Assembly (NCBI GenBank): GCA_964633865.1
Contig: CAZWIJ010000003.1
Span: 40,656 to 104,655, forward strand
Direction: 5' to 3'
Length of the DNA: 64,000 nt
From: an uncultured Candidatus Saccharibacteria bacterium
GTDB taxonomy: Bacteria > Patescibacteriota > Minisyncoccia > SW-4-49-11
Part shown: piece by piece, positions 1-9,682 of the stretch
Layout of the letters: every line of letters begins with the position of its first letter
How positions within the stretch are numbered: the stretch's first letter is position 1
Notes under the pieces: generated by a model
What the model saw: the letters and a program-made list of their open reading frames with translations, nothing else
Database searches by the model: none
What the model was told of the DNA's origin: nothing
Translations under genes and position numbers: made by a program

Positions 1-1717
1 TTTTCACTCTGTTTGTCTTAATATTTTATTTAAAGAAGCTGTGAATTTGGGTTATAAAAATAATTTTCTAATCTATGATTCTCAGGATTCTCAAAGCCTG
101 ATCAAAGATCTTTTGAAAGCAAAAATGATTCCTATTGAAAAAATAAAACCTAGTTCCATACAATTTCTCATTTCACAAGCTAAAAACTCTTTGATCACAT
201 CTTCAAAATTTGCTATGCAAACCCCAAGTTCTGAATTAGAAGAAATTACTATTCAAATTTATCAAGAATACCAAAAAAGATTATTACAGAATAATGCTAT
301 GGATTTTGATGATATTATTATGAATGTTGTAACTTTATTCCAAAATCACCCTGAAATTCTAACTAAATATCAAGATAGATTTCAATATATTATGATTGAT
401 GAGTATCAAGATACAAATCATGCTCAATATTTGATGGTAAAAATGTTAGCAATCAAAAACCAAAATATATGTGTTGTGGGGGATGATTTCCAAGCTATCT
501 ATTCTTGGAGAGGAGCAAATTTCAAAAACATACTTAATTTTTCTAAAGATTATAAAAATACTAAAACTATATTATTAGAGCAAAATTATAGATCTACCCA
601 AATAATTCTAGATGCTGCCAATAAAGTAATTGAAAAAAATACTGAAAAAACAGATAAGAACCTGTGGACTGAAAAACAAGATGGGGATTTGATTCAACTT
701 GTAGAAGCTGAAAATGAATATCAAGAGAGTGTATTTGTAGCGAAAAAAATTCAAGAATTACAAAGAATAAATAAGCATAGATTATCTGACTTTGCTTGTC
801 TTTATCGTACAAATGCTCAATCCAGATCTCTTGAAGAAGCTTTTTTGCAATTTGGTATTCCCTATCAGGTTATAGGTGGAATAAAATTTTATGATAGAGC
901 TGAGATCAAAGATATTCTTGCTTATTTAAAGTTTTTATATAATCCTAATGATGAGACATCTTTCAAAAGAATAGTTAATGTACCAAAAAGAGCGGTTGGG
1001 AAAACTTCCATTGATAAAATCTTAGCCACATATCACGAACAAGTAGAAAAATCTAATGAAATTTCTCTAGCTCATATTCTGATTGATCCTACTGAATTTA
1101 ACTTAAAGATAACAGGCAAAGCTAAGTTAGGAATAGAATCTTTTATGAATCAAATGGCGAATCTAAGAGATAAAATTAATCAAGATAATTATAATTTATC
1201 TAAATTAGTATCTGATTTATTAAAAGAAACTGGGTATATAAAAATATTTGATAATGATGATAAATCTGAAGAAAGACTAGCAAATATAGATGAGCTATTC
1301 TCTGTAACTCAGAAATTTGATAATAAAGAACCTATGGAAGCTTTGTACGAATTTTTACAGGAGACTGCTCTGCTCTCTGATACAGATAGTCTTGAAGCTC
1401 AAGAGAAAGTTACTCTAATGACTTATCATAGTGCAAAAGGATTGGAATTTCCTGTTGTCTTTATGATTGGGATGGAAGACGGAATTCTCCCTCATTCAAG
1501 GAGCTTGATGTCACAAAAAGAATTAGAAGAAGAAAGAAGATTATGTTATGTAGGAATTACCAGAGCCAAAGATAAATTATTTATGACTTATACTCAGATT
1601 AGAAGAATTTTTGGTCAAATGCAAGCTAATCCTTCTTCCAGATTCTTACAAGAAATACCAGACTATTTATTTGAATCGATTTCTCTTGGATATTCTGATT
1701 ATGATAGCGAATGGTAA
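1..1717 (+). CDS. pcrA: ATP-dependent DNA helicase, UvrD/PcrA family (C-terminal ~570 aa; 5' end upstream of window)
   Basis: Reading frame is open back to base 1 (track start at 41 is an internal GTG). UvrD-family motifs present: IMIDEYQDTN, VVGDDFQAIYSWRGA, LEQNYRST, TYHSAKGLEFPVVF, YVGITRAK. No Walker A in the window, so the N-terminus lies outside it. Confidence 0.85.
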   Translation, partial: FHSVCLNILFKEAVNLGYKNNFLIYDSQDSQSLIKDLLKAKMIPIEKIKPSSIQFLISQAKNSLITSSKFAMQTPSSELEEITIQIYQEYQKRLLQNNAMDFDDIIMNVVTLFQNHPEILTKYQDRFQYIMIDEYQDTNHAQYLMVKMLAIKNQNICVVGDDFQAIYSWRGANFKNILNFSKDYKNTKTILLEQNYRSTQIILDAANKVIEKNTEKTDKNLWTEKQDGDLIQLVEAENEYQESVFVAKKIQELQRINKHRLSDFACLYRTNAQSRSLEEAFLQFGIPYQVIGGIKFYDRAEIKDILAYLKFLYNPNDETSFKRIVNVPKRAVGKTSIDKILATYHEQVEKSNEISLAHILIDPTEFNLKITGKAKLGIESFMNQMANLRDKINQDNYNLSKLVSDLLKETGYIKIFDNDDKSEERLANIDELFSVTQKFDNKEPMEALYEFLQETALLSDTDSLEAQEKVTLMTYHSAKGLEFPVVFMIGMEDGILPHSRSLMSQKELEEERRLCYVGITRAKDKLFMTYTQIRRIFGQMQANPSSRFLQEIPDYLFESISLGYSDYDSEW

Positions 1718-1833
1718 GAGATAATTTGACTTTAAAGTAGTAAGATTATTTTAAATAATTTTTTGTAATTTACTATTAACAAAATTTAAAGTTGATGATA
1801 TTATAAAAAAGCACTTTAATAGAAGTTTAGCTT

Positions 1834-2484
1834 ATGAAGATTCTTGTAAGAATGTGTGCACCTGGAGAACTAAATGATGCAGAAGAATTTATTAATTTTC
1901 TAAGAAAAAATAAATGTCTCAATAAATATAAATCCTTGATATCAGCAGTATTTTGGGATGAAAAAAAACCAGATTTTAAAAGTTTTTTTGAATGGTTACT
2001 TGAGTTAGAGTTAGCATCTGAATATCACGATAGTGATGTTGAACTTACTGAAGAATTAGTTTTTATTCATTTAGTAAAAACTTACTTGTTTAATAATTAC
2101 GATTATTTTATCAATTCCCCAAAATGTGTTGTTCAAACAGAACCTATTGAGATAACTAGGCATATATTTGAGGCTTATTATGAGGAATATTCATTAATAG
2201 AAAATTTTTGTTATGAGAATCAAAAACTTATACTAAATAATCCTGAAAAATTGTTTAGTAAATTTACTAAACAATGCTTAGAAGATTTATTTGGGTTCTT
2301 GAGTTTAAATATGGGAATATGTAAATTAGCTTTAGATGAAAATAAATTAAAGAGAAAAAAGTTTTTTAAAAAGTCACTAATAGCTTACAACTCTATAAAA
2401 AGGTTTCATAAATTACTTTACAAAGATCTTGTTGATTTTACTAAAAGTAAAAGTGTATGTAGTAATCCAAGTGATTTAATTTAA
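1834..2484 (+). CDS. hypothetical protein (216 aa, no recognisable domain)
   Basis: ATG-initiated ORF with ordinary amino-acid composition, followed by a hairpin terminator; no motif recognised. Confidence 0.4.
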   Translation: MKILVRMCAPGELNDAEEFINFLRKNKCLNKYKSLISAVFWDEKKPDFKSFFEWLLELELASEYHDSDVELTEELVFIHLVKTYLFNNYDYFINSPKCVVQTEPIEITRHIFEAYYEEYSLIENFCYENQKLILNNPEKLFSKFTKQCLEDLFGFLSLNMGICKLALDENKLKRKKFFKKSLIAYNSIKRFHKLLYKDLVDFTKSKSVCSNPSDLI

Positions 2485-2496
2485 ATATTTTATCCA

Positions 2497-2529
2497 CCAT
2501 CCTAAATTATAGGATGGCTTTTTTATTTT
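2497..2529 (+). terminator. Rho-independent terminator hairpin (CCATCCT-aaattat-AGGATGG followed by a T-run)
   Basis: 7-bp perfect stem with a 7-nt loop followed by cttttttatttt, immediately 3' of the 1834-2484 ORF. Confidence 0.5.
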
Positions 2530-2569
2530 GAGAACAAGATTAAATAGTTTTATTTTTCCAAAAAAAATG

Positions 2570-2642
2570 TGCCCCGAATAAGAATTGCACTTATGACACC
2601 AGGTTCTTCAGACCTGTGCTCTACTAACTGAGCTATCGGGGC
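2570..2642 (-). tRNA. tRNA-Phe (anticodon GAA), atypical D and T loops
   Basis: The reverse complement folds as a cloverleaf with a perfect 7-bp acceptor stem (GCCCCGA/TCGGGGC), D-stem GCTC/GAGC, anticodon stem CAGGT/ACCTG with loop CTGAAGA (GAA), and T-stem ATAAG/CTTAT. The D-loop is AGTTAGTA (A at position 18 instead of the usual G) and the T-loop is TGCAATT (G55 instead of U). CCA is not encoded. Confidence 0.7.
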
Positions 2643-2688
2643 TTTACTCTATATATTATCCTAAATAAACCGTGTTTTGTCAATAGCT

Positions 2689-4248
2689 TTATTTAATTTT
2701 CTTATTTAACTCAAGAGGAGCGATAAGATTCCATTTTCTTACTATATAATAATACACTAGAATTGCTGGGGCTGATGAAAGCATAACTTGTAGAGATACA
2801 TTTACTAATCCATCTACATCAATAAATAAACCGTATAGTGTTTTTATCCCAAAAGCTGGAATTATCATAATAAGAGAACTAATCAATACCTTAGATGAAT
2901 ATTCTATAATTTGATTTAAATAGTAATTTTTAGTGACTTTAAATACAACATATCCATATATTAGACAAACCACAAATATACTAAATGAAAATGCTAAAGC
3001 TACCCCCACCACTCCATAAATACTTGATAAAATATTTGAAGAAATTACAGTTAGTATAATACTAAAAAGACCTATATACATTGGAGTCTTTGTATCATGT
3101 CTGGCATATAAAACTCTTGAGAACAATGGTATTAATCCTTGAAAAGGTAATGAGATTACAAAAGCAGTAAAGGTCTTATAAACTAAATTCGTTGCTTCCC
3201 AGTCAAATTTACCTGATCCGTACACAATTCTTACTAACTGTGCTCTGTAATTTAACATTAAAAAAGTAATTGGGATTAATGCAAATAAAATTCTCATAAT
3301 AGTAATATTGACATAATTCCTAAAATCTTTTTTTCTATTTTGTGCATAAGATTCTGTAAGATATGGGAAAATTGCAGTCACAAAAGCTACCACTATTATA
3401 CCTATTGCGATTGTGTTTAAATTAAAAGCAAAATTAAATACTGATACTGCTTTTTCTTTTGTAGAAGCAATAGAAGTACCTATAAACATACTAATCATAG
3501 ATATATCTATAACAAGTATTCTTGGCCAATATAAATTCCATAATTTTCTCAAATTATTAAAATTAAATCCAAATGTAAATTTAAATGGAAACTTGGTTCC
3601 AATAAAAGCTGGTATTTGTACTAAAAGATGTAATATAGCTCCTAAGACTACACCATAACCTAAACCCTCAACTCCCACTCTTGGATACAAAAAAGCTATT
3701 CCTATTATAATACCAATATTATAAAATATAGGTGCAATTGCTGCTGAAATAAATTTTTTATAGGTATTCAGAATACTAGTAAATACACTAGATAAACTAA
3801 ATATTAAAGGAGAAAAAGCCATTATTCTCATAAGATCAATTGTATTTTGTAGCTTTTCACCTTCATATGATATAGCAACAATTCTTACCAAATAAGGTGC
3901 TCCAAAAAACATTATCAATGATAAAGCTCCCATAATAAAAAACACTATAACTAACACATCATCTACTAGATCTTGAGCTTCTTTTAAATTTTTTTTATGT
4001 AATAGCTGATTAAAAACTGGAATAAAGGCACTTGACAATGTACCCAAAACTAAAATACCAAAAATCAAATCTGGGATCTTAAAAGCTGATTGATAGCTAT
4101 CGGCTATATCCCCTACTCCAAAATTACTAGTTAATATTCTATCTCTCAAAATGCCTACTAATTTACTCATTAAAGATAATATCATCAGTGTAACTGTATG
4201 AAATAAAATCTTATTATTTTTAAGTGAGCTTTTTATTTTAAAAATCAT
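2689..4248 (-). CDS. murJ: lipid II flippase MurJ (MviN family)
   Basis: 519 aa with ~14 predicted TM segments. N-terminal MurJ-type region (ILRDRILTSNFGVGDIADSYQSAFKIPDLIF). Directly adjacent to and co-oriented with the downstream HAD gene. Confidence 0.8.
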   Translation of the reverse strand: MIFKIKSSLKNNKILFHTVTLMILSLMSKLVGILRDRILTSNFGVGDIADSYQSAFKIPDLIFGILVLGTLSSAFIPVFNQLLHKKNLKEAQDLVDDVLVIVFFIMGALSLIMFFGAPYLVRIVAISYEGEKLQNTIDLMRIMAFSPLIFSLSSVFTSILNTYKKFISAAIAPIFYNIGIIIGIAFLYPRVGVEGLGYGVVLGAILHLLVQIPAFIGTKFPFKFTFGFNFNNLRKLWNLYWPRILVIDISMISMFIGTSIASTKEKAVSVFNFAFNLNTIAIGIIVVAFVTAIFPYLTESYAQNRKKDFRNYVNITIMRILFALIPITFLMLNYRAQLVRIVYGSGKFDWEATNLVYKTFTAFVISLPFQGLIPLFSRVLYARHDTKTPMYIGLFSIILTVISSNILSSIYGVVGVALAFSFSIFVVCLIYGYVVFKVTKNYYLNQIIEYSSKVLISSLIMIIPAFGIKTLYGLFIDVDGLVNVSLQVMLSSAPAILVYYYIVRKWNLIAPLELNKKIK

Positions 4249-5028
4249 TTAAATATATTTAATTAGAAAATCACCTAATTCTATCGCATCTTTTAGTCTA
4301 TCTGTGGATAATTTTTCTAATGGAGGACATTCATCACCAACATAAATTTTGGTAGACACATCAAGCTCAAATAATGCTATATCATTATAACCATTTCCTA
4401 TCACTGCTATGTCTTCCATTCCAAGTCCTAATTTTTTAGCTAGAATTTTCACGGATTCTCCTTTTGTAGTTCCGAGATTTGTTACTTCATATGTATTCAT
4501 ATTTGGGATACAATTTGCTTTATAGTCTACAGGTAATATTACTTCACCTGATTTTATACCAAAAACTATTCTGGCTGGTTTTAAATCATTGATTTTTTTA
4601 ATAAACTTAGATTTATCAAAAATTATCTCATCTGTCATATACCCTAAACTAGGATATAATTCCTTTTCTTTGGTATAAAAAGTATATTTTTGAGCTAAAC
4701 CTCTATAATAACCAATATATAATAAATCATTATTTTCAATTATATAATCTGTTGCATCTAGTATATCTTGACTTAACTCATCTTGAAACAAGTATTTCTC
4801 ATATATATCCCCTATTCTAGCACCATTTTCTAATATCATATATGTATTAGGAACAAACTGAGCTCCATATTTCAAAAGAAATTGGATATAAGAATTTCCT
4901 GTTGCGACAGTACACAATTTTCCAGATCTTTGCATAGCTCTTAATGTGTTTTGTAAATTAAAAGGAATCTCTCTACCTTTTATAGTAAGAGTCCCATCTA
5001 TATCAAAAACAAATAATTTTATAGCCAT
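4249..5028 (-). CDS. HAD-superfamily hydrolase, Cof-like (HAD-IIB) phosphatase
   Basis: N-terminal DxD motif FVFDIDGTLT and C-terminal GNGYND motif (the GDGxND equivalent), 259 aa. Confidence 0.7.
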   Translation of the reverse strand: MAIKLFVFDIDGTLTIKGREIPFNLQNTLRAMQRSGKLCTVATGNSYIQFLLKYGAQFVPNTYMILENGARIGDIYEKYLFQDELSQDILDATDYIIENNDLLYIGYYRGLAQKYTFYTKEKELYPSLGYMTDEIIFDKSKFIKKINDLKPARIVFGIKSGEVILPVDYKANCIPNMNTYEVTNLGTTKGESVKILAKKLGLGMEDIAVIGNGYNDIALFELDVSTKIYVGDECPPLEKLSTDRLKDAIELGDFLIKYI

Positions 5029-5140
5029 ATATTATTATTAAACTATATTTAGTTTAACAGAAATCATGGGTTTATTCAAGGGTATAGAAAGCAAGAATTT
5101 GCTAACTATTCAATGGTTAATTTGATTATAAAGAAAAATA

Positions 5141-5386
5141 TTAATCTCTTATCTCAAAAATTTTATTACTACTTGTAGTACCTCTTTTCAAGACAATTTG
5201 ATTTTTTGAGACTTGAAAAAATTCTGCTAAAAGGCTTATTATTTCTAAATTTGCTTTATTATCTATCGGTAGCGACTTTACTTTTACAAGATATATAGGC
5301 AAATCATTATCCAAAAAAGACTGTGTGGGTAACAGTCTTACTTTGGTTTCTTTTTGCTTTACCTTTACTTTGACTTGAATGAGCAT
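5141..5386 (-). CDS. DUF167 (YggU/UPF0235) family small protein
   Basis: 81 aa. The motif NKANLEIISLLAEFFQVSKNQIVLKRGTTSSNKIFEI matches the YggU consensus (GKAN..L...LA..L.V.KS.V.I..G..SR.K). Its stop abuts the stop-proximal end of the RND gene, so co-transcription is likely. Confidence 0.5.
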   Translation of the reverse strand: MLIQVKVKVKQKETKVRLLPTQSFLDNDLPIYLVKVKSLPIDNKANLEIISLLAEFFQVSKNQIVLKRGTTSSNKIFEIRD

Positions 5387-8300
5387 TTATTTTTTCTTAT
5401 AAGCCCAGTATAACCAATAAATAGGCATCATAGGATAAAATGTTAGCTTCAAAAACCAATTTAAATCATGGAAATTTTTACTAGACCATCTAAAAAATGT
5501 GAATAAAATTGGAGTTGTTATCAAAGAGATAAATCCTGATGATAATAATCCAAACATTATCACTAAAGATATCGGTCTATAAATTTCAGATAACCAAGCT
5601 AGTGGAGCCAAAGAAGCAATAGCAGTGAACTTAGTCATCAAAACTGGTTTTAGTCTAATTCCTGATGATATTGTGATTGCCTTTACTGGATCTTCACCTT
5701 CTTCTATTCTTTGATTTGCTGAATCAATAAGGAAAATTGCCACATTCTCAACAATACCAACTAAAATTATCATTCCAATTATTTCCAAGAATCCAAATTG
5801 TCCATTACTCAAATGAGCAAGTGCAGGCATAATTCCAATAAATGTAAGTGGTATAGTATAAAGAATAACTAAGGGTTGAGTAAATGAATTAAAGAATAAT
5901 GCCAAAACTATATAGCTTGAGAATATAGCTAATAGAAGTGCTATTGACAATTCACTAAATGACTTCAAGAATCCTGCAGTATCACCTTCACTATAAATCT
6001 CTAGAGAATCTTTATTAAGTTCTAATTCTTTTAGCAGTTTAGCATCATCAGCTTGATATTGCTCTATCAAAGCAGTACCTATTCTACTTGCTATTGCTTG
6101 ATCATTAGTATACTCATTATCTAATTTAGCTTTGATAACACCAATTGTTTGTCCTTTAACTCTTTGGATATTAGATTTTTGAGCTGTTTCTTCAATTGAA
6201 CCAATTTCTGATACTTTAAATCTCTGACCTGATGAATTAAATATATTAATATTATTTAATTCATCAATACTTTTTGGACTAGATTTTTGATCTTCTAAAT
6301 AAATATCTATATCTTTACCTTCAATATCTATATTTGTTACTTTCTGGTCATTATTTAGAACAAAATTTTGTTTAATTGAACTGTTAACTAATGCTGTTGC
6401 TGGAATATTTTGACCCAATAATAAATTTTTTTCTTCCAAAATATTCCTGTCAAATCTAAAGTCTAATATCTTATTATCTTTTCCTGTAAATCCATCATCC
6501 ACTTTCTGAACTAACTTTTTACCATCACTACATTCTTGATCAAATATAATTTTGTCATCTATTAGACAAGCTTTGGCTAATGTTTCACCAATTTCTATAT
6601 TAGATTTTTTAATAATATCTAAATTATTATTCTTAACACTCAGTGATACCTGATAATCACTTGTTGGTGGCCCTTGTGTTATTATGTCAGTAGTATAATC
6701 AAATAGTTTTTCATCAAATTCATCTAAATCTTCTCTTAAATCAGCTATGATTTCTTTTGACGAATATTCTGGCCTTTTATCTTCTGACACAAAATTAATA
6801 TAATATTGAAATGAATTATTGCTTGTTTCAATTGAATAGACATCTTTTACTCCCTTATTCTCTTGGATTTTTGTTAAAATATCTGATAATGTATTTTGTT
6901 TGTCATCAACAGTAAGGTTATTAACAAATGTTCCCGTAACAAAAGCTTCATTACTATTATCTCCTGATGAGAACGAAACTGAAATTATTTGTCTTGTTCC
7001 AAAATAATAGGCAGAGATAGCAATTGGAATAACTAACCCTAATATTATAATTAAAGTCGGTACAATCTTATTACCAGCTAAAATTTTCTGATTTAAATTA
7101 ATTAACCATTTTCCAATTCCCCATAGATTTTCTTCTTCACTTGAAGTTGTATTTTTATTTGGTTTTAAGAATATTCCTCCAAGCCAAGCTAAGAAAACTA
7201 TAGGCACTACATATGAACCAACTACTGCTGGTATAATAGTAAGTGGGATATACTTAAAAATTTGTCCTAATATTCCTGAGATTATTCCAAATGGCAAGAA
7301 TACAATTATATTAGTTAGTGTAGCTAAAAATAATCCCATACCGACATCTTTCACAGCTTCTAGAGATGCTTCTTTACCTCTTAATCCAGTATCTATTTTC
7401 CTTTGAATAGATTCCAAAATAACCAAAGTTGGATCAACAACCAGACCTATCACCAAAACAAGTGAGAACAAAACTAGTGTATTCAAACTTTGTCCAGTAA
7501 AGTAAAGATAAATTGTTGAGAATGATAGTGATAATGGAATAGAAATAGCTGAAATTAATGCAGCTCTCCAAGATACAAAAGCTACCATCACTAAAAATAC
7601 TAATTGAATTCCTCCCAATATCCAACCTAAATTAGAAATAAAAGGATTATCAACATCTAACTTACCTCCAATCAGACCACTTATAACTTCATTTACTTGT
7701 TCTTGATTAGAAGCATTAACTGAATAATTTTCTATAATTTGAACTCTTTCTTTATCAAAAGATTTATCTTGATCTTCATAAGTAATCAAATCTACTCCAT
7801 CATAACTTGATATTTTATCTTTTATTTTTTTATCTAACTTAGAAAGATCTGATCCTTTAACTGATTTTATTGAGAATACTTGACTTTTATTAATAATCGA
7901 ATCTTCACCTTGTCTTATACCAGAATAAGTATTGATATCATTTTCAGTCTTATAAGTTGTTTCCAATTGAGCGAAGTCTTGTAATAAAAGTTTAGTTGGA
8001 ACTGGGGTAGGGATAGGCGATGTAAAAGATAAATTTTTGATGTCATCAAGAGAGGTAGATTCAAGACTAGTCACAATTGATTGAGATTTATCATCAATAT
8101 TAATATCAGAAATCACAGGTAAACTTTCTCCAGTATTTTTTAGTTTAGCAACAATACCATCTACAGAAATCCCATTTTGAGCTAATTTATCTGTATCTAA
8201 TTTTATTACTAATCTTTTCTCTAATGGGATTTCTGCTTCAAATTTAGCTATTTCTGGAAATTCTTTTAAATCTTCTTTTAATTTTTCTGATATATTATAG

Positions 8301-8797
8301 ATTTTTTCTGAACTATCTCCTGTAACTGAATAAATAAAATCTGGTCCTCCAATATCTATATTAACCAAAGAAGGTTTTTGACTATCTTCAGGTAATTTTA
8401 TTGATTGAATTTGGGTTGCTAATTTATTTTTAACATTGTCTGTATCAGCATTTTGTGCTATTGAAATAGATATACCAGAAAAAGAGTTACTACTATTGCT
8501 AGTATAGCTCTCTACACCTTCTATATCTTTGATTACATTTTCTAAAGGAATTGTTATATCTCTATTCACAATTTCGCTAGATGCACCAGGATAAACTGTC
8601 TGTATAAAAGCAAATTTAACCTCTGGATTAGGAAATCCCGATGGTTTCATTTGAATTATTGTAAATGTTCCTAACAAAACCAAACCTATAAAGCTTAGAA
8701 TAGTTAATCTATGATTATGTAGAAAAACTTCTGTCAACCAAAGGTTGAAGTTAAAACTTTTTTTAGACTTTACACTTTCTAATTCTTTTTTATCCAT
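5387..8797 (-). CDS. RND-superfamily exporter permease (AcrB-like, 12-TM with two large extracytoplasmic loops)
   Basis: 1136 aa. The N-terminal TM1 plus loop resembles the AcrB N-terminus (TILSFIGLVLLGTFTIIQMKPSGFPNPEV...TVYPGASSEIV...SYTSNS). The C-terminal TM bundle is RND-like (GIMPALAHLSNGQFGFLEIIGMIILVGIVENVAIFLID). No membrane-fusion adaptor or outer-membrane factor gene is nearby. Confidence 0.7.
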   Translation of the reverse strand: MDKKELESVKSKKSFNFNLWLTEVFLHNHRLTILSFIGLVLLGTFTIIQMKPSGFPNPEVKFAFIQTVYPGASSEIVNRDITIPLENVIKDIEGVESYTSNSSNSFSGISISIAQNADTDNVKNKLATQIQSIKLPEDSQKPSLVNIDIGGPDFIYSVTGDSSEKIYNISEKLKEDLKEFPEIAKFEAEIPLEKRLVIKLDTDKLAQNGISVDGIVAKLKNTGESLPVISDINIDDKSQSIVTSLESTSLDDIKNLSFTSPIPTPVPTKLLLQDFAQLETTYKTENDINTYSGIRQGEDSIINKSQVFSIKSVKGSDLSKLDKKIKDKISSYDGVDLITYEDQDKSFDKERVQIIENYSVNASNQEQVNEVISGLIGGKLDVDNPFISNLGWILGGIQLVFLVMVAFVSWRAALISAISIPLSLSFSTIYLYFTGQSLNTLVLFSLVLVIGLVVDPTLVILESIQRKIDTGLRGKEASLEAVKDVGMGLFLATLTNIIVFLPFGIISGILGQIFKYIPLTIIPAVVGSYVVPIVFLAWLGGIFLKPNKNTTSSEEENLWGIGKWLINLNQKILAGNKIVPTLIIILGLVIPIAISAYYFGTRQIISVSFSSGDNSNEAFVTGTFVNNLTVDDKQNTLSDILTKIQENKGVKDVYSIETSNNSFQYYINFVSEDKRPEYSSKEIIADLREDLDEFDEKLFDYTTDIITQGPPTSDYQVSLSVKNNNLDIIKKSNIEIGETLAKACLIDDKIIFDQECSDGKKLVQKVDDGFTGKDNKILDFRFDRNILEEKNLLLGQNIPATALVNSSIKQNFVLNNDQKVTNIDIEGKDIDIYLEDQKSSPKSIDELNNINIFNSSGQRFKVSEIGSIEETAQKSNIQRVKGQTIGVIKAKLDNEYTNDQAIASRIGTALIEQYQADDAKLLKELELNKDSLEIYSEGDTAGFLKSFSELSIALLLAIFSSYIVLALFFNSFTQPLVILYTIPLTFIGIMPALAHLSNGQFGFLEIIGMIILVGIVENVAIFLIDSANQRIEEGEDPVKAITISSGIRLKPVLMTKFTAIASLAPLAWLSEIYRPISLVIMFGLLSSGFISLITTPILFTFFRWSSKNFHDLNWFLKLTFYPMMPIYWLYWAYKKK

Positions 8798-8906
8798 AAA
8801 TTTAAATGTCTTATAAATATATATTTTAGCAAACTAAATATTAAATTGCTAATACTAAATTAATAATATCAAATAATTTATTCGATGTCAATTTAAATAA
8901 ATTATT

Positions 8907-9677
8907 TTAACTCCTAATCCCAACTCCTTTATTTAGTAGATATAAATCTATCAAACCAAGTATGAATACAAATCCAAACAAAATCAATAAACTTAAAGCA
9001 ATGGATACATCAGCAAATCCAAAAAATCCATACCTAAATCCACTTACCATGTATAAAACTGGATTGAATCTGGAAACATTTTGCCAGAAATCTGGTAGAT
9101 TATCTACAGAATAAAAAACTCCTCCTAAATATGTAAGTGGAGTTAATACAAAAGTTGGAATTATGGAGATATGATCAAATTTTTTAGCATAAATAGCATT
9201 TAATAAACCTGCAAAAGCAAATGTAAGTGAAGTAAGTATTGCAAATAAACTAGTAAGAAAAATATTATTGATACTAATTTCTGTAAATAAAAGTGAAATT
9301 ATAAATACAATAATACCTATTACTAGACCTCTTACAATTCCTCCCAAAGAATATCCCATAATAATTACCCAATTTGGTGTAGGAGAAACTAAAATCTCTT
9401 CAATACTTTTCTGGAATTTATGTCCAAAAAATGAACCTGCTACATTCATAAAAGAATTAGTAATAATAGCCATCATAACAAGTCCAGGAACTATAAATTC
9501 TATATAAGACATACCATTAATATCTCTAATTTGAGAACCTATAAATCCTCCAAAAATCAAAAAATATAAACTTGTTGTTATAACTGATGGAAGTAAAGAT
9601 TGAGGCCAAATTCTAAATATTCTCACTACTTCTCTATTAATAATTGTTTTTAATGGTATCAAAATTGGTGTTTTCAT
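8907..9677 (-). CDS. ABC-2 type transporter permease
   Basis: 256 aa, 6 predicted TM segments, immediately downstream of and co-oriented with the ABC ATPase. Confidence 0.7.
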   Translation of the reverse strand: MKTPILIPLKTIINREVVRIFRIWPQSLLPSVITTSLYFLIFGGFIGSQIRDINGMSYIEFIVPGLVMMAIITNSFMNVAGSFFGHKFQKSIEEILVSPTPNWVIIMGYSLGGIVRGLVIGIIVFIISLLFTEISINNIFLTSLFAILTSLTFAFAGLLNAIYAKKFDHISIIPTFVLTPLTYLGGVFYSVDNLPDFWQNVSRFNPVLYMVSGFRYGFFGFADVSIALSLLILFGFVFILGLIDLYLLNKGVGIRS

Positions 9678-9682
9678 ATAAT

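Noticed and set aside
594-812. Minus-strand 72-aa ORF inside the uvrD/pcrA coding region. The same applies to the other short antisense or embedded ORFs in the track: 3413-3658, 7434-7625, 9268-9507, 12184-12432, 14778-14969, 17177-17407, 17498-17758, 22188-22394, 22530-22793, 23286-23492, 28527-28721, 33234-33440, 34389-34718, 39602-39868, 41653-41874, 43600-43860, 45521-45730, 46457-46642, 48342-48581, 53601-53933 and 60538-60726.
   Set aside because: Each lies entirely within, and antisense to or out of frame with, a long ORF that has clear homology motifs. Their compositions are low-complexity (L/F/I/S-rich), typical of shadow ORFs in AT-rich DNA.
5039-5058. Hairpin TTAAACTA-tatt-TAGTTTAA between the RND/DUF167 operon and the HAD/murJ operon as a terminator
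   Set aside because: The stem is purely A/T with no following U-run on the transcribed (minus) strand. It is indistinguishable from chance palindromes in AT-rich intergenic DNA.
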